DNA from: Trichodesmium erythraeum IMS101
Lineage (GTDB): Bacteria > Cyanobacteriota > Cyanobacteriia > Cyanobacteriales > Microcoleaceae
DNA: 32,000 nucleotides
Reading direction: 5' to 3'
Assembly: GCF_000014265.1 (NCBI RefSeq)
Contig: NC_008312.1
Span: 6,780,001 to 6,812,000 of the forward strand
The position numbers were made by a program, and so were the translations under genes. Positions 19,566 to 28,957 of the stretch are shown here, one piece after another (position 1 is the first letter of the stretch; the number at the start of each line of letters is the position of its first letter). A model generated the notes under the pieces. The model worked only from the letters and a program-made list of their open reading frames with translations, was not told the origin of the DNA and made no database searches.

Positions 19566-20650
19566 GCGGCTTTGTTGTATAAAGATAGAAAATATGGTAA
19601 CAATAAGCGTGTGGCACAAGAAACCTATAGTAAGGGTAGAGATGAGTAAGTCCAAGTCCAAGTCTAAGTACCTCTTCAGCAACTGGTCGTAGGTCTGATG
19701 CGTCCCTAAGACAGAGAGGGAGCCTCACATTTTGGTTGAATGATGAAGTCATAGAGCAGTGGGTAAATCAACAAAAAACTGGACGTAGGGGGGCATCAAA
19801 TACCTATAGCAATACGGCCATTGAATTTATGGTCACTATACAATCATTGTTTGGTCTGGCCGGACGACAGACTGAAGGTTTTGTCGAATCTATATTTCAA
19901 TTGATGGACTTAGATTTACCAGTACCAGACCATAGCACTGTATCCCGTCCCTTGCTCAAACTGAATATCCAACTGCCAGTTATACCAACTAATGAAACTA
20001 TTCCGTACAGTAGTAGACTCTACAGGGGTGAAAGTTTACGGAGAAGGTGAATGGAAAACAAAAGTTCATGGTGTCAGTAAACGGCGTACATGGGGTAAAT
20101 TACACCTAGGAGTAAATGAGGCTACAGGAGAGATTGTCAGTGGAGTAGTGACTACCAATGATGTCAGTGATTCACAAGCATTTTCTGAACTTGAGAAATG
20201 GAGTAGATGGGGAAATAGCCCAAGTATCAGGAGATGGAGCCTATGACAAGTATAAATGTTACCAGAAAGCTAACCAACTAGGAGCAAAAGTAACAATTCC
20301 ACCCAGGAAAAATGCAGTAATAGGTCAACACGGCAACTGCAAATGCCCACCTCATCCCAGAGATGAAAACCTCAGAAGAATCAGAAAGGTAGGACGCCAA
20401 AAATGGAAGCATGAAAGTGGTTACCATCGGCGTTCTCTATCAGAAACCACAATGTTTAGACTCAAAGTGAGCTTTGGAGGTCAGTTACGACGAGGAAAAT
20501 TCGAAAGCCCAAGCAGTAGAGTTGTTCATACAATGTGCCATGCTGAACCGTATGATTCAAACAGGTAAACCCAAAAGTCACAAAGTGAAAATCTAGTTAA
20601 CTTCCTGATGGAAGTTTTTGGCGATCACTACTTTCATGCAACAAAGCCCC
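19566..20650 (+). mobile_element. Degenerate IS5-family (IS903-group) insertion sequence, about 1.08 kb
   Basis: The terminal inverted repeats are GCGGCTTTGTTGTATAAAG (left) and CTTTCATGCAACAAAGCCCC (right, reverse complement GGGGCTTTGTTGCATGAAAG), resembling the IS903 IR GGCTTTGTTGAATAAATC. The flanking 9-bp direct repeat is TTTAGATAA / TTTAGATGG (7/9 identical). Confidence 0.8.
19642..20595 (+). pseudogene. IS903-group DDE transposase with at least 4 frame disruptions
   Basis: The pieces MSKSKSKYLFSNWS*, SLRQRGSLTFWLNDEVIEQW..., VVDSTGVKVYGEGEWKTKVHGVSKRRTWGKLHLGVNEATGEIV, EIAQVSGDGAYD...HGNCKCPPHPRDENLRRIRKVGRQKWKHESGYHRRSLSETTMFRLK and ELFIQCAMLNRMIQTGKPKSHKV lie in different frames but are collinear with IS903-type transposases. 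Confidence 0.8.
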
Positions 20651-21444
20651 TTTAGATGGAGGCTTTCCATTGACAAAGGTTCAACTGTACGGTTGTTGTT
20701 GACATAGACATTGGTAAAAGAAGTCCCGAAGTCCACTCCTATTTTCCATCGATATTGGAGCCTAATTTCCTCGGGAGTCTTCAGCAAAATTAAACCAATG
20801 CAGTTTCCCGAACTATCCTGGCACTCAATAAAACTGGGAAATTCTTCTAGGCGATCTATTTGATAAGCACCCCGACCATGCACAAGGGTGACGCTCTTTT
20901 GCTTCCGGTAGATACACTTGGAAAGTATCTTCTCCAAACTCAGCATCGTAATAAAAAGCATAATAAGAGTGCCATCCCTCTCCTCGGAAATTCGGCCATA
21001 TTTCCAATACCTGCACTTCAGGCAAAGCATTTTCCTCTTTTATCGGATAATTTTTATAAATTTGATAATTCTTCGGCTGCCGAGGGTCATCTTTGAGCTC
21101 CGAAAGGGGCAAGTCTAGGATGACTCGCACTTGGGGTCCGTCGCTGCTATTTATTTGAGCTAGCTCGACCTTGGCAATTAAATCTTCTGGAGTAAAATAG
21201 TGGAGAAGTATAGGCTTGAGGGGTATTAGGGGCGTAATGCTTTGACCCTGAAAAATTAACTTCGTCCCTTGGGGTAAGAAAGCTCCCGGCAGGGCATCCT
21301 CTTGGTTTACAAACCGGAATTCTTCTAGGAATAAGTTCTGGGAATCTTTCCACTCAATATCTGGCAACATAATTTCTTTTTTAGTGTCTATAATTGTAAA
21401 CAAGCTACCTGAAATTTACTTATTACATAATATAGGAGTCTACA

Positions 21445-22677
21445 ATGAAAATTTCAGATCAAAAAAATCCAGCTAGACCTCAAATAGGTGTTTATGTAGT
21501 CGCTATAGCTGTAAGTACAGGTTTGACTTTAACTGCCATACGCGCTTTTCCTAGAATATTTCTACCCACAGATAACAGGGAAACGAGTCAAAATAAACCT
21601 CAAAGTCAGCTAGTAGTAAATACAAAAGTTCCTCAGATAGCACAAGTACCAATAAAAGCTGATAGTTTTGTCGCCACTGCGGTTGAGAAAGTAGGACCGG
21701 CTGTCGTACGCATAGATACAGAACGTACAGTAGCGCGTAATACACCCAATTTTTTTAATGACCCATTTTTCCGTCGCTTTTTTGGAAATGATAGTTTTTC
21801 CCAAGTTCCTAAGAAGTTTCAACAACAGGGACAAGGCTCTGGTTTTATTACTGATAGTAGTGGTATTATTTTGACTAATGCCCATGTTATTAAAGGTGCA
21901 GATTCAGTTACAGTTAAGCTTAAAGATGGGCGGAGTTTTGAGGGAGAAGTAAGAGGTCTTGATGAACCTTCTGATTTAGCAGTGATCAAAATTGATGGGG
22001 AAAATTTACCTGTTGCATTTTTAGGAAATTCTGCTCGGGTCAAAGTCGGCGACTGGGCGATCGCTGTAGGAAATCCCCTGGGGTTAGATAATACGGTAAC
22101 TTTGGGTATTGTTAGTTCTCTAAACCGCGCTAGTTCGGAAGTTGGTATCCCTGATAAACGTCTTGATTTTATTCAAACTGATGCTGCTATTAATCCTGGT
22201 AACTCTGGAGGTCCTTTGGTAAATTCTCAGGGAGAAGTTATTGGTATTAATACAGCTATTCGTGCTGATGGGCAAGGTATCGGATTTGCTATACCTATAG
22301 ATGAGGCAAAGGTGATTCAAGAAAAGTTAGTTAAAGGTGAAAGTATACCTCGTCCTTATATTGGGGTGCGGATGGTTACTTTGACTCCAGAAATTATTGA
22401 AAAAATTAATAAAAATCCCAATTCCTCAATACAGTTGCCTGAGACTGATGGTGTTTTAATCGCACAAGTAATTTCTAATAGTCCAGCAGCTAAAGGGGGT
22501 TTACGACTTGGGGATGTGGTTACAGAAATTGATGGTCAAAAAATTGCTACTGCTGAAGAATTACAGAGTATAGTTCAGAAAGGTCAAATTGGTAAACCTC
22601 TAAATATTACGGTAAAACGTGGTAAAGAGACTCAAACGTTTTCTGTGAGTCCACAAGAATTACAGGATGCTAATTAA
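21445..22677 (+). CDS. HtrA/Deg-family periplasmic serine protease with one PDZ domain
   Basis: 410 aa. It has an N-terminal membrane anchor, a trypsin-fold catalytic triad context (TNAHV, DLAVIK, GNSGGPL) and a C-terminal PDZ domain ([20 protein letters not shown]). Confidence 0.93.
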   Translation: MKISDQKNPARPQIGVYVVAIAVSTGLTLTAIRAFPRIFLPTDNRETSQNKPQSQLVVNTKVPQIAQVPIKADSFVATAVEKVGPAVVRIDTERTVARNTPNFFNDPFFRRFFGNDSFSQVPKKFQQQGQGSGFITDSSGIILTNAHVIKGADSVTVKLKDGRSFEGEVRGLDEPSDLAVIKIDGENLPVAFLGNSARVKVGDWAIAVGNPLGLDNTVTLGIVSSLNRASSEVGIPDKRLDFIQTDAAINPGNSGGPLVNSQGEVIGINTAIRADGQGIGFAIPIDEAKVIQEKLVKGESIPRPYIGVRMVTLTPEIIEKINKNPNSSIQLPETDGVLIAQVISNSPAAKGGLRLGDVVTEIDGQKIATAEELQSIVQKGQIGKPLNITVKRGKETQTFSVSPQELQDAN

Positions 22678-23190
22678 TCAAAGTTGTTTCTTAATTTCGT
22701 AATTATTATTATAGTTATCGAATGCGCTTACTTTGGAGTTGGAAGATTCTACTATCATGGCAAAAACTCCAAGTAGGGCTTTTGTTTTAGTGACAAAACT
22801 CCTACGAGATATGAATGAGACTGACACTAAAAGATTTGATATTACTTTTCAGCAGAAATAGTAAAGGTAGAGTGGGCAAATATGAATGGACTCACTATCA
22901 AGCTAGAGTCATAGCTATTTTGCCACTTGTTTGTCTGGTTCATAAATGGGTGAAACTGACTGCGTTTTTCAGTCTACCTAAAAGTTACTGTTGACTGATG
23001 CTTTTCTTGAATTAACCTGGTAGATATATATCTACTAAATCATTACTAGTTATTGTTGTTAGTTCGGGAGTTCAATTATAGAGAGGAAAGTATTACCACT
23101 ATCACTAGAAAAACCTATTAACACTAGGGTATAATCTACTTTGCTTAAAATTAAAGGTATTAGAAGTGATACCATTAGCTGTAAATTTTG

Positions 23191-23278
23191 GTAGCTCTGC
23201 ATTTAACACAGTATTATTATGGATATTCTTAGTGAGTAGCTCTGCATTTAACACAGTATTATTATGGATATTCTTAGT
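23191..23278. repeat. 45-bp tandem duplication (2 copies) in a non-coding region
   Basis: GTAGCTCTGCATTTAACACAGTATTATTATGGATATTCTTAGT occurs at 23191-23233 and again, identical, at 23236-23278. Confidence 0.85.
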
Positions 23279-24304
23279 TTGCCTATAGTTGACAAGTATA
23301 GTTGAAGTTTTCTGCGCTCTTAAAAAGACTTGTCAGTTTACAACTTAAAAAAAACTACCAAAAGCCTGATTCTGTAAAGATTGTACATGTTGGAAAGTAA
23401 TAATCCTTGAATTATTTTCTCTGTCTAGGTTAGAGTGTTTTCCTTGGTTTAGCAACACAACTCTCAAGAATGGGTAAAAGACAAGTTCGCCTCTAGAGGG
23501 AAATATCCTATAAAGTTATGACTGTTTAAAAATCAATTACTTTGACTAAAAGTTAAATCACTAACTGCAAATAGGGTATTGACGTCTTTGCTAAAGCCTT
23601 AACTATGATACTGAATATAATTTGTGGAATATTTATTTATAGGAGTGTCCTAAGTTCTTCTTTTATTTGTCCCATTGTTTTCATTTGAGAAAGATACACC
23701 AAATATTTGAGCAGGTATACTAAAAAAAAACCAGATGATGTTCCAAAAATGGGTTGAGATAATCAACTATTATAATATTCTCTTAATCTTTATTGGGTAG
23801 ATATTTATTGTAAACTATTATTGAACATAGCTATATAATAACAGTACATATGACCAGTATAAATAGATAAGGTGAATTTTGAGCAAGCCTTCGTTTTTTA
23901 CTCTGATAATTCTGAATATTGATCTGGTTGAGATTAAGAGCTGATTTATAGATAATTAATTTGTTCTATACAGAATACAGCTAAATATCTTGATGTATAA
24001 AATAAATTAATTATATTAACTGGAGTAATTTAGTAGTTTAGCCTTTCACTTGACTTGAAAAAAAACTCTTAGTTAATTCCTTTTGTGGAATGACAATAAT
24101 CAGCTTTTGTGATACCTCTCTTCTTCCCCATTTTCAGATAAAAGCTGGCCAAATTATAGGTTAATACTCCTGAATATCTAAGCTAATGTTACATTAAATA
24201 CTTTTTGTTTATTACCTATGTAATATCAAAACATATTAGGCATAGAGTAATATCAAAACACATTAAACAGAAAAATATTGTTGATAACAAGGACTAATTA
24301 ATTC

Positions 24305-24664
24305 ATGAAGACTACTTTTCGACAACAATCTCTAATTACAGCTTTTTTAATGACTGTTTCTATAATGTTTTATTGTAGTTTATTTTTGAATGAAGCTAAC
24401 AGTCAAATGCCCAAGTCCTCGTCTGGAAACAAGTATCCTAAAGGTTTTGTAGATAGTTATCAGGCAAGTTGTCAATTTAATGCTGTGGCAAAAGGCTTGT
24501 CTCAAGAAAAGTCTAAAACTATATGCGATTGTACCTTAAATCACTTTAGATCTAAATATACTTTAGAAAAATTTCAACAACTATTGAAACAATCAACAAA
24601 GGACAAAACACTAGATGAGTTAATAGAAGTTGGAGAGCTTTGTGCTGAACAATTAATCAATTGA
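24305..24664 (+). CDS. Hypothetical secreted small Cys-containing protein
   Basis: 119 aa. It has an N-terminal signal or anchor helix (LITAFLMTVSIMFYCSLFL) and 4 Cys in the mature part. I recognise no family. Confidence 0.5.
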   Translation: MKTTFRQQSLITAFLMTVSIMFYCSLFLNEANSQMPKSSSGNKYPKGFVDSYQASCQFNAVAKGLSQEKSKTICDCTLNHFRSKYTLEKFQQLLKQSTKDKTLDELIEVGELCAEQLIN

Positions 24665-25224
24665 TATAGCAGTTCTCAAGTTACGATCATTAAAAACTTG
24701 GGCTTACTTTGTGGTTAACTGAATTACCCTTGATGAAATTTCCTAAATCTACTTGCTTAGGGAAGGCAAAAGGTAGAAGGGAAGAAAAAAACAAGAAGGA
24801 AAAGCTTTTTTGATGACTTATTATCTAAATATGATAGGACTTAGATAACTGCACTATATGTAGTTGACTTGTTCCTAGAGACATTTATCACAAAATGTAA
24901 AATTAATGCATCAAAAAATCCCTATTATGAGATGATAAAATAATGACTAATTTTCCGAAAAATATGGACTTTGGTTATATTTATCCGACACTAATATTTG
25001 CTCAATTCTGACAGGAACTACAGTTTAGTTAATTGATATAACTAACTAAAAAAAATTAGCTATGATACAATAAATTCTTATGGAAAAATATCAGATTTAA
25101 GTTAACTATGGGCTACTATGCTAACATAAGATTTATGGCGAGATCTCAAAGGGGACTTGACAGTTACATAAGAACTAACTATATGGATTTTAACTTACAC
25201 ATATATAGGGATAAATGCCCTTAG

Positions 25225-28089
25225 ATGAAACAGTCTTCAGAAAAAAATCGGCGACGGCGCTGGAATATTTCTAGGTGGGCGATCGCTAAACCTTGGCTAA
25301 CTATCTGTTTTTGGTTAACTGTAACTATAGCAGGGTTATTTGCTTTTACCAGTCTCAAATATGCTTTATTTCCAGAGGTCAGTTTTCCTGTAGTAGTGTT
25401 ACAAGCTCAGGGAAATTTTGACACTGCGATAGAAACAGAAAATGCAATTACCGCTCCTATTGAAAATGCTGTAAAAGTCCTGGAAAAGAAAGGGATGTAT
25501 GAATTACGTTCTTCGACGTATCCAGGTCAAACAGTTATAAACATGGCTTTTAGCACTCTCAATAATTTAAAGTCGGCAACAGCAGATGTGGAAACTGCCC
25601 TCAAACAAGTAACTCTACCTCCAAAAACTAGTTTAGAAATAATTAGTCTGGACTTAAATGAGTCGGCAGCTATTAGTTATGCTATTACCAGTGACAGTCA
25701 AACCCTGAAAGAATTGACTGAAGTTGCTCAAAATCAAGTTATTCCTACTATTGCAGAATTACCAGGAGTTTTAAAGGTTAATTTACTGGGTGATACTTCC
25801 AGAAAACAAAAGGATGGGGAAAAATTAACCTCTAGGTCTGTGCCTACTTTAGTTAGTTTCAATGCTAAAAATGCTATAGCTTTTCAAGTAGTTAAACTTG
25901 CTGATGCTAATACTCTAGAAGTTGTCAGTAGAGTAGAAGCAACTGTAGAAAAATTGCAGTCTGACTTACCAGAAATTCAACTCGTTTTAGCAGAAACTCA
26001 GGCAAATTATATTCAGGAGTCAACTCAAGCTACTATTGATGCTTTATTATTGGGAATTATTCTGGCGGTGCTGGTGATTTTTCTTTTCTTACAGAATTTT
26101 CTGGCAACAATAATTACAGCTTTAGCAATACCTGTTTCCCTATTGGGTACTTGTATTGTGATGGGGATCTTTGGGTTTAATTTGGAAACTATTACTCTTT
26201 TAGCATTGGCAATAGTTATTGGAATTATTGTTGATGATGCTATTGTTGATGTGGAAAATATTGTTAGGCATATTGAGGTAGGAAAAACTTCTAGGCAAGC
26301 AGCAATTTCTGGTACTGATGAAATAGGTGTAACTGTTGTTGCTTCTACTTTGACTATTGCTGCAGTATTTCTACCAGTTGCTTTTATGGGAGATACTCTT
26401 GGTCAATTTTTTCAACCTTTTGGTTTGACGGTTTCTGCAGCAGTGTTAATTTCTTTGTTGGTTGCCCGCACTTTATCCCCCGTATTGGCAGGTTGGTGGT
26501 TGGGAAATGGAGCCAGGAGCCAGGGTGGAAAAGGCAGTCGGCTTTCTGCAGGAGAAATTAAACTGAGGCATAAGTCTGGTTTATCAGGGAAATTTGCTGA
26601 TTTGAATAATGATGACAATAAGCCAAGTTTATTGTTTGGTCTCGTCAGTTCTGAGGAAAATTATGCCGCTTTGAAGGAAGATAAATTGAGGCGAAGACCA
26701 GAGTGGGAAAAGATTTTATCTAATCAATACCAAAGATTACTTAACTGGTCCCTAGACCATCGCCAAATTGTTATGGCAATAGCTTTATTGAGTTTTGTTG
26801 CTGGTGTAGCAATGATTCCTCTAGTTCCTAAGGGGTTGGTGCCTCAGCTCGATCGAGGAGAATTTAATGTTATTTACTCTTATCCTCTGCCTAATTTTCT
26901 GAGTAATACTGAAAAATCTCTCCCTCTCGAAAAAATTCAACCACCTCCTAATAACTCAATTTTTGGAGAGGGTGCATTTAATTGGATGAATAATTTAACT
27001 GGTTCTCCCACTAGAATATTGTTGAGAAAATCTCGTAGAATAGCTCAAAAAATTGAGAAGGTAGTTTTGTCTTCCCCAGAGGTGGAGTCTGTTTTTAGTA
27101 TTGCGGGTTTCCATGGTGAACCAAATAGTGGCAAAATATATGTGAAGTTGAAAAATGAGCGATCGCTAACTACTGCTCAAGTACAGGAGCAAACTCGCAT
27201 TGCTTTATCAGAATTAGAAAGGGTAGCTATCAGTGTTGAGGATATTCCTTTTGTGGAGACTGGTACTGGAAAACCTTTTGAAATTATGCTGTTGGGAGAT
27301 AACCGGGAAATTCTCTACAAAAGTGCGACGGAAATTCAAGCTCAGATTGAAAAAATACCAGGTTTTGTAGACATAACTATAACGTCTCAGTTTCAGAATT
27401 TTGATAACCCGATGGAAATAACTCGCCGTGGTCTGAAACAGGTTGTGTATATTACTGCTAATCTTTCTGATACTCTGGGGTTGGCTGATGCTATTAATTT
27501 AACCGTTCCAGCGGCTCAAACTATTTTACCAGATGGTGTGGAATTAGATCTGGGAGGAGATTCTCTGAGGGTGGGAGAAGTTTTTGGTAGTTTTGCTTTG
27601 ACTTTGGGTTTGTCTATTGTTTGTATGTTGGCAGTGCTGTTGTTACTATTTGGTAGATTTTTGGAGCCTTTGGTGGTAGGTTTGTGTTTGCCCCTGTCTA
27701 TTGTGGGAGCAATGTTAGGGTTGTTAGTGACTCAGAGTTATTTTGGTGTTATTTCCCTACTAGGTCTGATTTTTCTTCTTGGTTTGCTTGACAAAAATGC
27801 TTTGTTGTTGATGGACTATATTAATCTATTACGTCAGTCTGGTTTCGACCGGAAGGATGCTATTTTGGCAACTGGTGTCGTCCGACTGCGACCCATTTTG
27901 ATGACGACAAGTTCGACGGTTTTAGGAATGTTGCCTATCGCTCTGGGGTTAGGTGCTGGGGCAGAGTTACGACAACCTCTGGCGGTGGCAATTATTGGGG
28001 GGTTGATTACTTCTTCTTTGTTGAGTTTGGTTGTAGTTCCTGTTTTGTATACTTTATTGGAAGATTGGTTGGATAATCAAAATGGTTGA
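25225..28089 (+). CDS. RND-superfamily efflux permease (AcrB-like core), atypically short periplasmic loops
   Basis: 954 aa. It has a 12-TM AcrB-like layout and the conserved LFLQNF...AIPVSLLGT...GIIVDDAIVDVENI motif in TM2-TM4. The C-terminal half has LDKNALLLMDY...RLRPILMTT. Confidence 0.9.
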   Translation: MKQSSEKNRRRRWNISRWAIAKPWLTICFWLTVTIAGLFAFTSLKYALFPEVSFPVVVLQAQGNFDTAIETENAITAPIENAVKVLEKKGMYELRSSTYPGQTVINMAFSTLNNLKSATADVETALKQVTLPPKTSLEIISLDLNESAAISYAITSDSQTLKELTEVAQNQVIPTIAELPGVLKVNLLGDTSRKQKDGEKLTSRSVPTLVSFNAKNAIAFQVVKLADANTLEVVSRVEATVEKLQSDLPEIQLVLAETQANYIQESTQATIDALLLGIILAVLVIFLFLQNFLATIITALAIPVSLLGTCIVMGIFGFNLETITLLALAIVIGIIVDDAIVDVENIVRHIEVGKTSRQAAISGTDEIGVTVVASTLTIAAVFLPVAFMGDTLGQFFQPFGLTVSAAVLISLLVARTLSPVLAGWWLGNGARSQGGKGSRLSAGEIKLRHKSGLSGKFADLNNDDNKPSLLFGLVSSEENYAALKEDKLRRRPEWEKILSNQYQRLLNWSLDHRQIVMAIALLSFVAGVAMIPLVPKGLVPQLDRGEFNVIYSYPLPNFLSNTEKSLPLEKIQPPPNNSIFGEGAFNWMNNLTGSPTRILLRKSRRIAQKIEKVVLSSPEVESVFSIAGFHGEPNSGKIYVKLKNERSLTTAQVQEQTRIALSELERVAISVEDIPFVETGTGKPFEIMLLGDNREILYKSATEIQAQIEKIPGFVDITITSQFQNFDNPMEITRRGLKQVVYITANLSDTLGLADAINLTVPAAQTILPDGVELDLGGDSLRVGEVFGSFALTLGLSIVCMLAVLLLLFGRFLEPLVVGLCLPLSIVGAMLGLLVTQSYFGVISLLGLIFLLGLLDKNALLLMDYINLLRQSGFDRKDAILATGVVRLRPILMTTSSTVLGMLPIALGLGAGAELRQPLAVAIIGGLITSSLLSLVVVPVLYTLLEDWLDNQNG

Positions 28090-28282
28090 TTTTTTGGGCG
28101 GCGGAACTCAAAAGTTAAGGGTTAAAAGTAAGGTTTGATGGGTTTAGAGATTCAACGTCATTTCTGACATCAGATTAAATGGGCTGGGTTTGGTGACAAA
28201 ACATGTTTAGTCAAACTACTCTTGTTAAATCTCATGTCAACAATATCATCCTTTGAAGTTTTCAGTTCTCAAGGGCTGATCG

Positions 28283-28640
28283 ATTTTGGTTTGCGTTTTT
28301 CTATGCTCCCGATCCCTTAAGCTTAACTGAAAATAGTTTTTCATTTTGCTAAATTTAGGTTTTTGATGTTGAGCCACCAATATTGTCAAAAAGCTTTAGT
28401 GATTTTGGTTTGCGTTTTTCTATGTTCGCGATCGCTTAAGGTTAACTGAAAATAGTTTTTCATTTTGCCAAATTTAGGTTTTTGATGTTGAGCCACCAAT
28501 ACTATCAAAAAGCTTTAGCAATTTTGGTTTAACTTTGCAGTGATCGCTATCACTTAACATTAACTGAAAACAGTTTTTCATTATTTAGGTTCCCGACATG
28601 GAGCTACCAAGGTCCGTGATTTGAAAAGCTTATAGAGCGT
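28283..28640. repeat. 119-bp tandem repeat, about 3 copies (the third is decayed), in the intergenic region upstream of the giant gene
   Basis: The unit anchor ATTTTGGTTT occurs at 28283, 28402 and 28521. Copies 1 and 2 are nearly identical. Each unit contains a (degenerate) GCGATCGC site and a TGAAAA-TAGT-TTTTCA mini-hairpin followed by TTTT. Confidence 0.85.
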
Positions 28641-28863
28641 GACTTACAGCAATTTTTATGTTGGTCAACCACAGTAGAGACATTGCATATAAGGACATTC
28701 CCTGGAAGGTCTTTATGGGGCTTTGGTTATGGTTATGTGGTTCATCAATTTGAAAAAATTATATGGGAGGCTTGACGGATAATTTTTTATAATCAAGCTG
28801 AAATTATCAGTTAATGATGCTATAATTAATATCGAAAATAACTATAAATATAAACTATTCTCA

Positions 28864-28890
28864 AGAACTCTATATATACTCTAGAGTTCT
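28864..28890. promoter_or_regulatory. Perfect 9-bp inverted repeat about 70 bp upstream of the giant gene (candidate operator or leader hairpin)
   Basis: AGAACTCTA-(TATATACTC)-TAGAGTTCT. Confidence 0.3.
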
Positions 28891-28957
28891 CCTGAATTAT
28901 TTATTCTAACCGTTAACCTGCCTTGGAAAAATTGGCATTTATTGAGACTTATAACTT

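Larger units (their letters stand above)
19379..21403 (-). pseudogene. Disrupted gene of unknown function, with an internal frameshift and an IS insertion
   Basis: The 5' part lies at 20651-21403 in two overlapping frames (ORFs 20825..21403 and 20593..21030, with the slip near 20880-20900). The 3' part lies at 19379-19565. Removing the IS and one TSD copy joins ...SMESLHL to NNPSLPDAERNRLEE... in frame. The gene contains a WKIGVDFGTSFTNVYV motif. Confidence 0.6.

Noticed and set aside
19558-19752. 64-aa minus-strand ORF between the helicase and the transposase
   Set aside because: It spans the left IS boundary (19566) and runs antisense to the transposase 5' end. It is an artefact of the insertion junction.
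20860-21353. Small ORFs 20860..21096(+), 20918..21118(+) and 21147..21353(-)
   Set aside because: They overlap the frameshifted pseudogene in other frames, and no independent evidence supports them.
21551-22320. Four minus-strand ORFs (62-91 aa) inside the HtrA gene. Similar shadow ORFs occur at 2730..2918, 4617..4841, 8507..8707, 17636..17818, 26412..26618, 28939..29206, 30531..30740 and 31218..31415.
   Set aside because: All lie within, or antisense to, long ORFs with clear homology. They have low-complexity or implausible sequences.
25100-25224. Riboswitch (for example guanidine or fluoride) upstream of the RND pump. I also looked upstream of the ABC exporter and leuB.
   Set aside because: I could find no recognisable conserved riboswitch cores such as ACGR loops, fluoride or TPP motifs.
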